A stretch of 64,000 nucleotides of DNA, from positions 1-64,000 of the forward strand of contig CAVVOB010000014.1 of the NCBI GenBank assembly GCA_963749655.1. The letters run 5' to 3'. A program made the position numbers and the translations under genes. This document shows positions 20,935-31,815 of this stretch, piece after piece (within the stretch, counting starts at the first letter, position 1; each line of letters starts with the position of its first letter). The notes below the pieces were generated by a model that worked only from the letters and a program-made list of their open reading frames with translations, was not told the DNA's origin and searched no databases. The DNA is from Nitrospirota bacterium. GTDB taxonomy: Bacteria > Nitrospirota > UBA9217.

Positions 20935-23412
20935 CTAATCCGAAATTTCATCCGGGTTGATTTTCTGCTTCGGCGCTTCCGCAGCCCCCTGATCGAGGAA
21001 GTAGAACTGGCCGGCTTCTGGCATCGTTCACGTCCGCATACTGCGTCGGTTCCGTGCCCTTGCGGAACACATCGATGATGGCATCCGGAGCGCCTTCACG
21101 CGCCAGCAGTCCGCTCGCGGGATCGATTTTCACGAACACCACGTCTCGGGCGCGACAAAATCCTCGGCCGGCTTGTCCGCCAGCGCCCGGGCCATGACCG
21201 GGATCCAGATCGGAAGCGCCGCGCGAGCGCCGGTCTCCTTGTCGCCGAGCGACGCCTGGGAATTGTCATACCCGACCCACACGCCGGTCACCATGCTCGG
21301 CGCGTAGCCCACGAACCAGGCATCGACATAGTTGTTCGTGGTGCCGGTCTTGCCGGCCAGCGGCTTTCCCAGCGCTTTCGCCCCGCGCCCCGTGCCCTCT
21401 TCCACCACGCTCTTCAGGAGGCTCGTGACCAGGTAGGCCGTGGTCGGGTCAATGGCCTCCTTCGGCTCGGGCTGGTAGCTCTCGAGCACCACGCCCTTCC
21501 CGTCGACGATGCTCTTGATGATGATCGGTTCCGTGCGCACGCCCTGGGAAGCGAAGGTCGCATAGGCCGAGGTCAGCTCCAGCGGCGTCACGGCCGAGGA
21601 ACCGAGGGCGGTCGTGTAGTCGTAGCTGATCGAGCTCTTGATGCCGGCCTTCCGGGCGAACTCAATGGTCTTGTCCAGCCCGATCTTCTCAAGCAGGCCC
21701 GACGGTCACGGCGTTCCGCGACAGGGCCAGCGCGGTTCGAAGCCGCATGGGGCCCAGGAACCGCTCGTCGTAGTTCGTCGGCTTCCAGGTCTTCTTCTCG
21801 AATTCGCTCTTCTCGTGGATCACCGGCAGGTCCATGAGGATCGACGCCGGCGTGAACCCGTTCTCGAGCGCAGCACCGTAGATGAACGGCTTGAAGGATG
21901 AGCCGGGCTGCCGCTGCGCCTCGGTGGCGTGGTTGAAGCCGCCTTCCACGAAATCATACCCGCCGACCAGGGCCCGCACGTAGCCGGTAAAGGGCTCGAT
22001 CGGACACCACGGCGCCCTCAACGAGCGGCGACTGGTCGAGAAGGAACGTTGCCAGCTGCTTCTTCTTGTCAAAGTCCTTCAGCCGGACCTTGATGATGTC
22101 CCCGGGCTGAACGATCTCCGACGGGCTTCTTGAATTCGTCGGGATCGTCCTTGTTCTTCTTCGGTTTGATGAGCGCCCAGGCCATGCCGTCCTGCATGAT
22201 GTAGCCGATCATGCCGCGGCCCTTGACCGTGATGTAGTAATCGCCGACGTCGAGCACATGGGCGTTGAAGATCTCGCCGGGCTTCACCATCACCCGGAGC
22301 GAGCTCATCTGGATCGGCGTGGATTTGAGCTGCCTTGAAGCCGACCTTGCCGCGGAAGCCCTGCCGTTTGTCGAGCGCGCGCAGACCTTCCTGGAGCGAG
22401 GTCACGGCCGGGCGCTGCAGGTCCATGTCAATGGTGGTATAGACCTTGAGTCCCGCCCTCGTAGAGCATGTCGGGGCCGTACTTCTTCTCGACGTACTTG
22501 CGGACGTAGTCCACGATGTGCGGGGCCAGCTCCTCCTGGGGACCGGAGATTCTCCAGGTTCAGCGGCTGGTTGTAGATTTTCGTGCTCTGCTCCTCCGTG
22601 AGGTACTTCTCGTCGACCATGCGCTGCAGCACCTGCCACTGCCGCAGTTTGGTCAGGTCGATGTCGCTGTAGGGCGAGTAGACCATGGGCGACTTGGGCA
22701 GGCCGGCGAGGAGCGCGGCCTCGGCCTGGTTGATCTCCCAGATGTTCTTGCCGAAATAGGTCTTGGCAGCCATCTGCACGCCGTAGGCGCCGTGGCCGAA
22801 ATAGATCTTGTTGAGATAGAGCTCGAGGATCTCGTCCTTGGTCAGCTCCTTCTCCAGCCGCCGGGCGAGAATGATTTCCTTGATCTTGCGCGTGAACTTC
22901 CGCTCCGAGGAGAGAAACACCACCTTGGTCAGCTGCTGCGTGATGGTGCTGCCGCCCTGTTTGAGCTGCACCGCGATGATGTCCTTGAGCGCGGCCCGCA
23001 GGATGCCGCGGTAGTCGATGCCCGTGTGCTGGTAGAAGCGCGGGTCCTCGGTGGCAAGGAGCGCGTCCTTCAGGAACTTCGGGATGCGCGTGAGCGGCAC
23101 GTAGATGCCCTTCTCGATCTTGATCTGGCCGAGCACCCGGCCGTCCTCGGCCAGGATGATGGTGCCGGGGCTCGGCTTGTAGTCCTTGAGCGATTCCACG
23201 GTCGGAAGACCGAAGGACAGGATAAAGAACAGCAAGGCGACCAGCAGCACACCGGCGACAAAAGCGATCGCGAGGAGCTTGAGGGCTTTTTTCGGGGTGA
23301 GGGCATTGAGCCAGGGCACGGCCATGGTGAACCAAAACATTTTGAACTTCTCCCAAAGAGAACGGGAGAGCCTGGTGAGCAATTCAACGATCGATCGAAA
23401 CTTCTTCATCAT
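20935..23412 (-). CDS. mrcA: class A penicillin-binding protein PBP1A (frameshifted)
   Basis: ATEDPRFYQH, QGGSTITQQL, RKIKE, YLNKIYFG; QPGSSFKPF, SRN, GKTGTTN; S1/OB-like insert. Confidence 0.85.
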
Positions 23413-23814
23413 ATTCAATTTTTCAGGGGAACCTCGGGATATTCCGTCGTTTTTTGGCGGTCTGAAAATAATAACATCACCATGGGATAAAATCAAACGA
23501 AAAGTTTTTTACACGGCAACCGCTGTTTTGCTTGTGTCGTACGCCGGCCGGCGAATGAATCAAAACAGTGGCAAGGACTTTGTCTTCAGCTGCCCCCCCT
23601 GCGACCTGAAAGGGCCGCGAGTCCTTGACAGTAGAACACCGAGAAAACATGGAAATTTTTGCAATTTTCTGCCAAAGCAACACACACGTTTTTTATGGTA
23701 ATAAATTATTTTTATGGTATATTATTAACTGAATGCATGACTTCCCGGGGAGCTGGTTGCACAGGAAACAAGCGCACTCCGGAATTTAACCCGAAGCCGC
23801 AAAGGAGGCGGGCA

Positions 23815-24951
23815 ATGCCGAAACTGAAGGGCGGCAAAAAGGCGGAGATCGTCCCGGCCCCTCCCCCGCGCGACTACAAGCCTTTTTTCTACAGCAGGCT
23901 CACCGAGGCCCACCTCTTTTGCGAAGTGGGCCGCATCATCGCCTCGGAGCTGGAACCCGTCGAGCTCATTCAGAAAATCATGATCTCCATCGGCAAGGCG
24001 ATCAGCTTTGAAGAAGCCTCGGTCTATGTCGTCAAGAAGGACCTCACCGGCCTGGTGCCTATCTATTTTTCCCTCCCCCACCTGCGGGAGAGAATGTCCG
24101 AGGCGATCTACTTCGACTACGGCGCGCCGGGCGGGATCGCCGCGAGCGGCGAGCCGCTCTTTCTGGCCGATACCGCCGCCTATGAATCCTTTCTTCATCA
24201 TCCCGATGAGCCCCGGAAACTGGGAAGCTATATCGGCGTGCCCCTCCAGAACGACAACCGCATGGTCGGCGTCATGGGCTTCAGCCGCAGCAAGCCGGCC
24301 GCGTTCCGCGTCGAGGACTTCGACCTCCTGCGGACCCTGTCCCACACCATCTCCGCAGGTCTTGAAAAGGCGGAGCTCTTCAAGAGAACGCTCGAAATCG
24401 CCCGCACCGACGAACTGACCGGCTTGCTCAACTACCGGGTGCTTCTGGAGAAGCTCGATGAAGAGTTCGGCAGGCAGGTGCGGACGGGAAGAGAGCTCTC
24501 CGTCATCATGATCGACATCGACGATTTCAAACGCGTCAACGACCGTTACGGCCACCTGGAAGGCAGCAGGGTGCTCGCTCAGATAGGGCCGCTTCTTCGC
24601 GAGGCCTGCAGAACAGGAAGCACGGACACCTGCTTCCGGTACGGCGGCGAGGAGTTCACGATCCTGCTGTCGGAAACCGGCGCCGACGAGGCCCTGGCGA
24701 TTGCCGAGCGCGTACGAAAATCAATTGAGGATTACCCCTTTACGCTCAAAGCCGCGCACCCCTCGGAGGTACTGACCGTGAGCCTCGGCGTTTCGACCAA
24801 ACGCAAAAGGGACGAGAAGACCATCCCGGCCCTTATCCAGGAGGCTGACGTGGCGCTCTACCGGTCCAAGGCCACCGGTAAAAACCGCGCCAACGGCTAC
24901 GACGCTTCCATGACCATGCCCGGCGAAAAAGGGAGCACGGGGCTGCATTAG
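23815..24951 (+). CDS. GAF-domain diguanylate cyclase
   Basis: AGGAGG RBS; GAF segment; TDELTGLLN, DIDDFKRVND, RYGGEEF. Confidence 0.9.
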   Translation: MPKLKGGKKAEIVPAPPPRDYKPFFYSRLTEAHLFCEVGRIIASELEPVELIQKIMISIGKAISFEEASVYVVKKDLTGLVPIYFSLPHLRERMSEAIYFDYGAPGGIAASGEPLFLADTAAYESFLHHPDEPRKLGSYIGVPLQNDNRMVGVMGFSRSKPAAFRVEDFDLLRTLSHTISAGLEKAELFKRTLEIARTDELTGLLNYRVLLEKLDEEFGRQVRTGRELSVIMIDIDDFKRVNDRYGHLEGSRVLAQIGPLLREACRTGSTDTCFRYGGEEFTILLSETGADEALAIAERVRKSIEDYPFTLKAAHPSEVLTVSLGVSTKRKRDEKTIPALIQEADVALYRSKATGKNRANGYDASMTMPGEKGSTGLH

Positions 24952-25158
24952 AATCAGAAAGAGCGCTCATCTGAAGCAATGCAAATTTGTTTGTGTCCGG
25001 GACAAAAGCCGGTATAATGACCGGAGCGGGAGCATATCGAAACGAACGGACTTTTGACGGGTCCTTCCGAGCTCATGCCTGTGAATTTCTCCACAACGAA
25101 TTGAAATCCTCCCGTTTGTCACGCGTGCACGGCGCTCTATCTCCTTTATAAATATCCC

Positions 25159-25875
25159 ATGACTACCTGGCGTTATATCGACAGCGGCAGCAATATTGCC
25201 GCCTACAACATGGCCGTTGACGAGGAACTGCTCGCCCGCGCGCAGGCGGGGGGAAAAACACCGGTGCTCCGTTTCTACGGGTGGGACCCGCCGGCCGTCT
25301 CTCTGGGCATGTTTCAGAAGATCGAGGGAGCGGTGAACATCGAAGCCTGCAGGAGCAAGGGCTTCGACATCGTCAAGCGCATCACCGGCGGCAGGGCCGT
25401 ACTTCATTACAAGGAACTGACCTACTGCATCATTGCGCGGACGGACAATCCCCTTTTCCCCTCAGAGGTGCACGGCTCGTATAAGGTCATCGCTGCCGCG
25501 CTGCTCGCCGGTCTCGGGAACCTGGGGATCGCCGCTGAAATGGTCGCGCGGGGCGGACGCCATGCCGAACTCGTAATAAAGAAAGACCCGAACCCGTCGT
25601 GCTTCGCCTCGCCTTCGTGGTATGAAATCGTTGTGCACGGAAGAAAACTAATCGGCAGCGCCCAGCGTCGGCTCTCCGGAGCATTCCTGCAACACGGTTC
25701 GATCCTGATCGATTACGATCCTGATCTGGAAGCTGAAGTGATCCCCGGGGGCGGCGCATCGACATGCATCACCTGCATTAACCGGGAAACCGCGCAAGCA
25801 GTCGATCTGAGCACGTTGAAGTCCGCCTTCCGCAATGGTTTTGAAAAGGCCCTCGGCATAATACTGCAGTCATAA
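25159..25875 (+). CDS. lipoate-protein ligase A / octanoyltransferase LipM family
   Basis: NMAVDE, RITGGRAVLH, RKLIGSAQ, LQHGSI. Confidence 0.88.
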   Translation: MTTWRYIDSGSNIAAYNMAVDEELLARAQAGGKTPVLRFYGWDPPAVSLGMFQKIEGAVNIEACRSKGFDIVKRITGGRAVLHYKELTYCIIARTDNPLFPSEVHGSYKVIAAALLAGLGNLGIAAEMVARGGRHAELVIKKDPNPSCFASPSWYEIVVHGRKLIGSAQRRLSGAFLQHGSILIDYDPDLEAEVIPGGGASTCITCINRETAQAVDLSTLKSAFRNGFEKALGIILQS

Positions 25876-26013
25876 GTAATGTCCCGCCCCTGCGTCTGCA
25901 GAACAGGCAGCCCATTCAAAATGAACGGACCATTTTGTTCTAAATATTTTCCCCGATTCCATCCTCTCGGCAAAACTATCTGATTTGTAAACGCATAATT
26001 CCTGACGGACTCG

Positions 26014-26029
26014 TGGCACGCCTCTTGCT
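26014..26029 (+). promoter_or_regulatory. sigma-54 (-24/-12) promoter
   Basis: TGGCACG-CCTC-TTGCT, full consensus match; IHF-like site at about 25973-25986. Confidence 0.8.
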
Positions 26030-26095
26030 TTTTCATGCTATGCTATGGATACATACCGTGCATGTGCACTATTTACGGGTTCAGGAGTGAAAATT

Positions 26096-26296
26096 ATGAA
26101 TTGTCTCTATCTTGCAGGAAACTATTTCAAATCCTGTTCCGTGAGCAGGGAAGCATACGTGCCCAGTGCCTTCGAAATGGAGGAATACTGCACTTCGAGC
26201 CGCCACTCATTGTGTCCTTTCTACGCGAAACGGCAGTCCGAATATCCGGCGCTGGAGCGGGAACCCATGCGGGTCCTGGCCAAGAGGTCTGCCTAG
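26096..26296 (+). CDS. small Cys-rich hypothetical protein
   Basis: AGGAG RBS; MNCLYL...C...YVPSAFEMEEYC....H..CPFY; directly downstream of the sigma-54 promoter. Confidence 0.65.
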   Translation: MNCLYLAGNYFKSCSVSREAYVPSAFEMEEYCTSSRHSLCPFYAKRQSEYPALEREPMRVLAKRSA

Positions 26297-26646
26297 CACA
26301 TAAAACGCGGCAAAAAAATGAGACTTTGCCCTCTGCCGCCGCTCTCGGCAGAAGTAAGATGCCGGCATTTCGAGTCCATGAATCTCTATTTTTTCCGCCT
26401 CTTTATTGATTTCCTCATCTGTTTCCGATAGAATTGGAATAGTTTGATGCGCCATTCGTTTCTTTCCTCGAAATCGTTAATCATAACATACGATACCGCT
26501 TGAATATATAAGCGATTTTTTTGTTTTATATCCATGTTCACAATCACGGCATCCCGCCGGTCCGAACATTTTTTTTCGGCCCCGACGCCGGATAACGTTC
26601 ACTGATTCGCAAAACCGTTCTCCATACCCGCCGCCGAGGAGCGCAG

Positions 26647-28659
26647 ATGACCGGAAGTAAGCCGGGTAGCCCGAAAAAAAACGTGCAGAAAAAAAAAGCA
26701 TCCGGACAAAAGCGTGTATCAAAAATTGCCGTTCCTCCGGCTCCGACGACGGAAAAACCTCAGCCCCGGCGCGCTGGTCCGCTGACCGAGGAGAGGCTTG
26801 CCGACGCCGGGCGCTCACTGGAGCGCGAGAGGAACATCCTGCAGGCAGTCATGAACGGTGCAATGAACTTCCACCTTGTGTATCTCGACCGGGACTTCAA
26901 CTTCGTCCGCGTCAACGAGACCTATGCAGCCACCTGCGGCTACCGGCCCGAGGAGATGATCGGCAAGAACCATTTCGCTCTCTATCCGAACGCCGAGAAC
27001 GAGGCGATCTTTGCCCGCGTGCGTGATACGGGCGAGCCGGTGGTACACCACGACAAACCTTTCGCGTTTCCCGACCAGCCCGAGCGAGGCGTTACCTACT
27101 GGGACTGGACCCTCGCCCCGGTCAAGGAAGCAAACGGCCGGGTCGCGGGCCTGGTCTTCTCGCTGTATGAAACGACCGGTCGCAAGATGACAGAGACGAT
27201 ACTGCATGAACAGGAATTAAAGGCGAGAGCGCTCATTAATGCAGCAGACGAGTCCATCCTGCTGTTCGGCCTTCAGGGAGAAATCCTCATCGCCAATACT
27301 ACCGCTGCCCGGCGGCTGGGTATGAGTGTCGATGAAATAGTCGGAAAAAAATGGCCCGGTCCTCTCCCCTCGGCGCTGGCGGCATCGCGCAAATTAAAAC
27401 TCGACGAAGTCGTTCGAACCGGCAATCCGGTGCGCTTCCAGGACGAGCGGGCAGGAATGATGTTTGACAACAGCCTCTATCCCGTGCGCAATGAAGCGGG
27501 GCAGCTCGCGGCGCTCGCCCTCTTCAGCCGCGATATCACCGGGCAGAGGTGGGCTGAAGATGCGCTCAGGAAGAGCGAGGAGCTCTTCCGCACGCTTACC
27601 GAGAGCAGTCCTGATTCCATCGCCCTGCACGATCGCGAATTGCGCCATCTCTATGTAAGTCCCGCGATCGCCCGCATGGCAGGCAAGCCTCAGCAGGCCT
27701 TTGTGGGACGGACAGTCCGTGAAGTAGGTCTGGCCCCCGCGGTCGCCGACACGCTGGACACTCTGCTGCAACGCACCCTGGATACAAGACGCGCGGTTAA
27801 CGGAGATTTGACCGTCCCCCTGGACAGCGGGCCGCGTTACTTCCTTTGGCGCTCCGTGCCCATGCTCGAACCGGACGGTTCCGTAAGAGCGATAATAGCG
27901 ATTGCCAGTGATATTACCGAACGCAAACGAACCGAGGAAGCGTTGAAAACCGCGCACGAGGAGCTGAAGCGGAGGGCATACGAGCTCGAAGCCGTGAACC
28001 GGGAGCTGGAGGACTTTTCCTTTACCGTGTCTCATGATCTGAAGACGCCGCTCCGAAGCATGGAGGGGTTCGCCGCGGCGCTCCTGGAGGACTACGCGGA
28101 CAAGCTTGACGAAACAGGTATGGATTACCTTACCCGGGTGCACTCTGCGAGCGAGCGGATGATCCAGCTCATAGACTCCCTGCTGCACATGGCGCGCTTG
28201 ACGCGCGGAGCGCTCCGCGAAAAAACCGTGGACCTCAGCTCACTGGCGCAGATCGCCTCGCACAATCTCCGAAAGCAGGATCCCGAGCGCGGAGCGAAAT
28301 TCATAATTGCCGAAAAAATCACGGCGAGCGCCGACCAGGACATGATGATGATCGTGATCCAGAACCTGTTCGACAACGCCTGGAAGTTCACCAGCAAGCA
28401 TCCTGCCGCGACAATAGAATTCGGCGCTGTAGCCATGGAGGGGAAGACCGTTTATTTCGTGCGCGACGACGGCGCCGGCTTCGACATGCAGTATGCCCAG
28501 AAACTCTTTTTGCCCTTCATCCGGCTCCACAAGGAATCGGAGTTCCCCGGGCTCGGCATCGGCCTCGCTGTCGCCCATCGCATCATCATGCGCCACTGTG
28601 GAAGGCTCTGGGCCGAAGCTGCCGTTGAAAAGGGCGCGACGTTCTTCTTTACGCTCTGA
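26647..28659 (+). CDS. multi-PAS sensor histidine kinase
   Basis: three PAS-like segments; TVSHDLKTPLR H-box; NAWKF, DDGAGF, GLGIGL, ATFFFTL. Confidence 0.9.
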   Translation: MTGSKPGSPKKNVQKKKASGQKRVSKIAVPPAPTTEKPQPRRAGPLTEERLADAGRSLERERNILQAVMNGAMNFHLVYLDRDFNFVRVNETYAATCGYRPEEMIGKNHFALYPNAENEAIFARVRDTGEPVVHHDKPFAFPDQPERGVTYWDWTLAPVKEANGRVAGLVFSLYETTGRKMTETILHEQELKARALINAADESILLFGLQGEILIANTTAARRLGMSVDEIVGKKWPGPLPSALAASRKLKLDEVVRTGNPVRFQDERAGMMFDNSLYPVRNEAGQLAALALFSRDITGQRWAEDALRKSEELFRTLTESSPDSIALHDRELRHLYVSPAIARMAGKPQQAFVGRTVREVGLAPAVADTLDTLLQRTLDTRRAVNGDLTVPLDSGPRYFLWRSVPMLEPDGSVRAIIAIASDITERKRTEEALKTAHEELKRRAYELEAVNRELEDFSFTVSHDLKTPLRSMEGFAAALLEDYADKLDETGMDYLTRVHSASERMIQLIDSLLHMARLTRGALREKTVDLSSLAQIASHNLRKQDPERGAKFIIAEKITASADQDMMMIVIQNLFDNAWKFTSKHPAATIEFGAVAMEGKTVYFVRDDGAGFDMQYAQKLFLPFIRLHKESEFPGLGIGLAVAHRIIMRHCGRLWAEAAVEKGATFFFTL

Positions 28660-28847
28660 TGAAAATGGACGGGCAAGAGAGGGGGCTCGGCCGAATCCGG
28701 CCCCCGGCTCTCGACCCTCTGCCTGCAACAGAACATGATTTTTTTCTTTGTTTCCTATTGACAGCATTATATAATCGACCATTCATCATCGCCCGCGTCT
28801 TCTACGATTATTCCACAGCATCTCAAAGCCTTGTTGGAGCGTTTCAT

Positions 28848-31764
28848 AATGGACCGAAACTATACGAGCGATCTGCTGGTACAGCGGGGCCTTCCCGTGC
28901 TGATCGGGATACCCGTCGTCGCCGGCCTCTATGCGAGCAGCCTCTACAGCTACCTCCTTTTTCACAGCCTCATCGAGCTGTTCAGCATCGTCACCGGTTT
29001 CGTCATTTTCGTCATTGCCTGGCATACGCGCCGCATCCAGGACAACCGGTATCTGCTCCTGGTCGGCATTGCGTCCCTCTCCACCTCTGCTATCGAACTT
29101 CTCCACATGCTCGCCTACAAGGGCATGAACATCTTTCCCGGCTTTTCCGCGGACCTGCCGACTCAGCTCTGGATCGCTTTCCGGTACGTCTTCAGCATTT
29201 CTTTCCTCCTCGCGCCGTTTTTCATCAAACGCAGCTTCAGCGCGGTGAACGTCCTTGTCCTGTACGGCATTATCACGATCTCGGCGCTCTCCGCGATTTT
29301 CACCGGCCTGTTCCCGACCTGTTTTATCGAAGGCTCGGGCCTGACGTCCTTCAAGATCTACAGCGAATATGTAATCGCCCTCATCTTCGCGGCCGGCCTC
29401 GGTCTTTTGATACAAAACCGCAAAAACTTCGACCGGACCGTCTTCGGCCTGATAGCGGCGGCGATCGCTTCTTCCATAGCATCGGAGCTGGCCTTCACCA
29501 AATACGTGAGCGTTTTCGGCCCTGCCAACATGCTCGGACACTTTTTCCTGCTTGCCTCCATGGTGCTCATCTACCGCGCACTCGTCATTACCGGCATCGT
29601 CGAGCCTTCCGACCTCCTGTTCCGGGACCTGAAAAAGAGCGAGGCGGCCATCCGCGAGAGTGAAGAGCGGTACCGCGGCCTCGTCGAGCTGTCCCCCGAT
29701 CCGGTCACGGTCCACAGCCGCGGTGTCTGGCAGTACGTCAACCGCGCGGGACTCACGCTCTTCGGGGCTTCGTCTCCCGGGGAAATCATCGGAACGCCGG
29801 TACTCGACCGCATCCACCCCGATGACCGCCCCCTGGTCGCCGAACGGATCCGGCACGTGGAACAGGGCAACGGCCTGGCAGGGCTGAGGGAGATCAGGAT
29901 GGTGCGCATGGACGGCACCGTTCTTGACGTCGAGTCGACGGCTGCGCGGGCATCATACAACGGCAGTCCCGCCGTGCAGGTCATCATGCGTGACGTTACG
30001 GAGCGAAAAAAGAACGAGCGCGCGCTGGAACGATTCCGGGCTGAGCTTTCCGCCATGTTCGCGAAAGTTCCGATCGTGACGCTGCTCGTTGACCGTGAGC
30101 GTCGCGTGTGCAAGGCCAATATCGCAGCAGCTGCCTTTACCGACCGCTCAGAGGCAGAGATGACCGGCATCAGGGCGGGCGAAGCAATTCACTGCATCCA
30201 CTCCCTCGATGATCCCCGGGGATGCGGCTTCGGGCCGTCATGCACCGCCTGCACGGTGCGCTCCGCGATCCGGGACGCCTTTGAACAAGGCGCCCATCTC
30301 CAGGGCCGCGAGGCCTGCCTTTCGGTCGTCCGCAGGGGGGAAAGGGAGGACCGGGCCGTGCTCCTCACCACGACGCCGGTCACCATCGAGAGCGAGCAGC
30401 TGACGCTCATCTGCATCGAGGACATTACGGAGCGAAAGACAGCCGAGGAGTCACTGCGCAAGAGCCTGCGGCGATTCGAGCTGCTGTCCCGGACGGCGGA
30501 ACAGCTGTTGCAGGCGCCTGAAACGCAGACCGTGGTGAACACGCTCTGCAGCAAGGTGATGGAACACCTCGATTGCCACGCTTTTTTCAATTATCTCGTC
30601 GACGAGAACGCAGGAAGGCTCCGTCTGAATGCGAGCGCCGGCATTCCGAAAGAGGAAGCGCGGAAGATCGAATGGCTCGACTACGGCGTCGCGGTCTGCG
30701 GCTGCGTGGCACGCGACGGCGCCCGGATCATCGCCGAGCACATCCCTTCGACAGCCGACGAACGAACGGACCTGGTCAGATCCTACGGCATCAGGGCCTA
30801 CGCCTGCCACCCGATCGTCGGGCCCTCGGGAAAGGTCATCGGCACGCTCTCTTTCGGCACGCGGAGCCGCGAGACCTTTGCCGACGACGACCTGTCCCTC
30901 ATGAAGGCCGTAACGAACCAGGTGGCCATTGCCATGACGCGCATGCATTCCGAGCAGGAGATCCGGGACCTGAACAGCGAGCTGCAGGATAACGTGCAGA
31001 TGCTCAAAGCCGCCAACCGGGAGCTCGAGGCGTTCGCCTACTCGGTGTCCCACGATCTCCGGACGCCGCTCCGGAGCATCGACGGGTTCACCTACGCCCT
31101 CCTGGAGGATTACGCCGACCGCCTCGACGACGCGGGCAGAGACTACCTCGTTCGTGTGCGCGCCTCCACGGCAAAGATGGGCCAGCTCATCGACGCGCTG
31201 CTCCAGCTTTCGCGGCTCACGCGCGGAGAGCTGAACCGGTCCACGGTTGACCTGACCTCCCTCGCCCGGTCCGCAGCAGAAGATCTGAAGAAACAGGAGC
31301 CCGGCCGCGCGGCCGAATTCGTCATCCCCGACGGCATCACGGCTGAGGCAGATCCCGCCATGCTTCATGCCGTTGTCGAAAACCTCCTGACGAATGCCTG
31401 GAAGTTCACTGGCAGGACCGTACACGCCAGAATCGAATTCGGCGTTTTCGAGTCTCGAGTCTCAAGTTTCAAGTCTCAAGTTTCAAGTCTCAAGTCTCAA
31501 GATTCTAAGGCTTCCGGTCCTGAACCTGAAACTCAAAACTTGAAACATGAAACTGTTTTTTTCGTAAAGGACAACGGCGCGGGCTTCGATATGGCTTATG
31601 CCAAAAAGCTTTTCACGGCGTTTCAACGGCTCCATTCCACAGAAGAGTTCCCCGGCATCGGCATCGGCCTCGCGACAGTGCAGCGCATCATTCACCGCCA
31701 CGGCGGCGAGATCCGGGCCGAGGGGGAGCCGGGGAAAGGGGCGGCGTTCTATTTTACGTTATAA
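28848..31764 (+). CDS. membrane (MASE3-like) PAS/GAF sensor histidine kinase
   Basis: YLLFHSLIELFSI N-terminal multi-TM domain; PAS, Cys-rich PAS, GAF; SVSHDLRTPLR; HATPase with a repeat-derived insert. Confidence 0.9.
31446..31554. repeat. in-frame inverted heptamer-array hairpin inside the kinase HATPase domain
   Basis: 8 x T(T/C)TC(G/A)AG (31446-31501), spacer, about 5 complementary CTTGAAA-like units (31519-31554). Confidence 0.85.
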
Positions 31765-31769
31765 AAAAG

Positions 31770-31797
31770 TTTCGAGTTTCGGGTTTATAGTTTCGAG
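31770..31797 (+). repeat. TTTCGAG heptamer array (left arm of four-helix-bundle cassette)
   Basis: TTTCGAG TTTCGGG TTTATAG TTTCGAG. Confidence 0.8.
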
Positions 31798-31815
31798 AGA
31801 GTCAAAGGAGCGATC

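Noticed and set aside
23740-23812. Riboswitch upstream of the GAF diguanylate cyclase
   Set aside because: An imperfect hairpin is possible, but no c-di-GMP-I/II or other consensus motif could be recognised.
26470-26520. ModE-like box (ATCGT...ACGAT; TATATAAGCGAT)
   Set aside because: Only partial resemblance, wrong spacing, and not next to the Mo genes.
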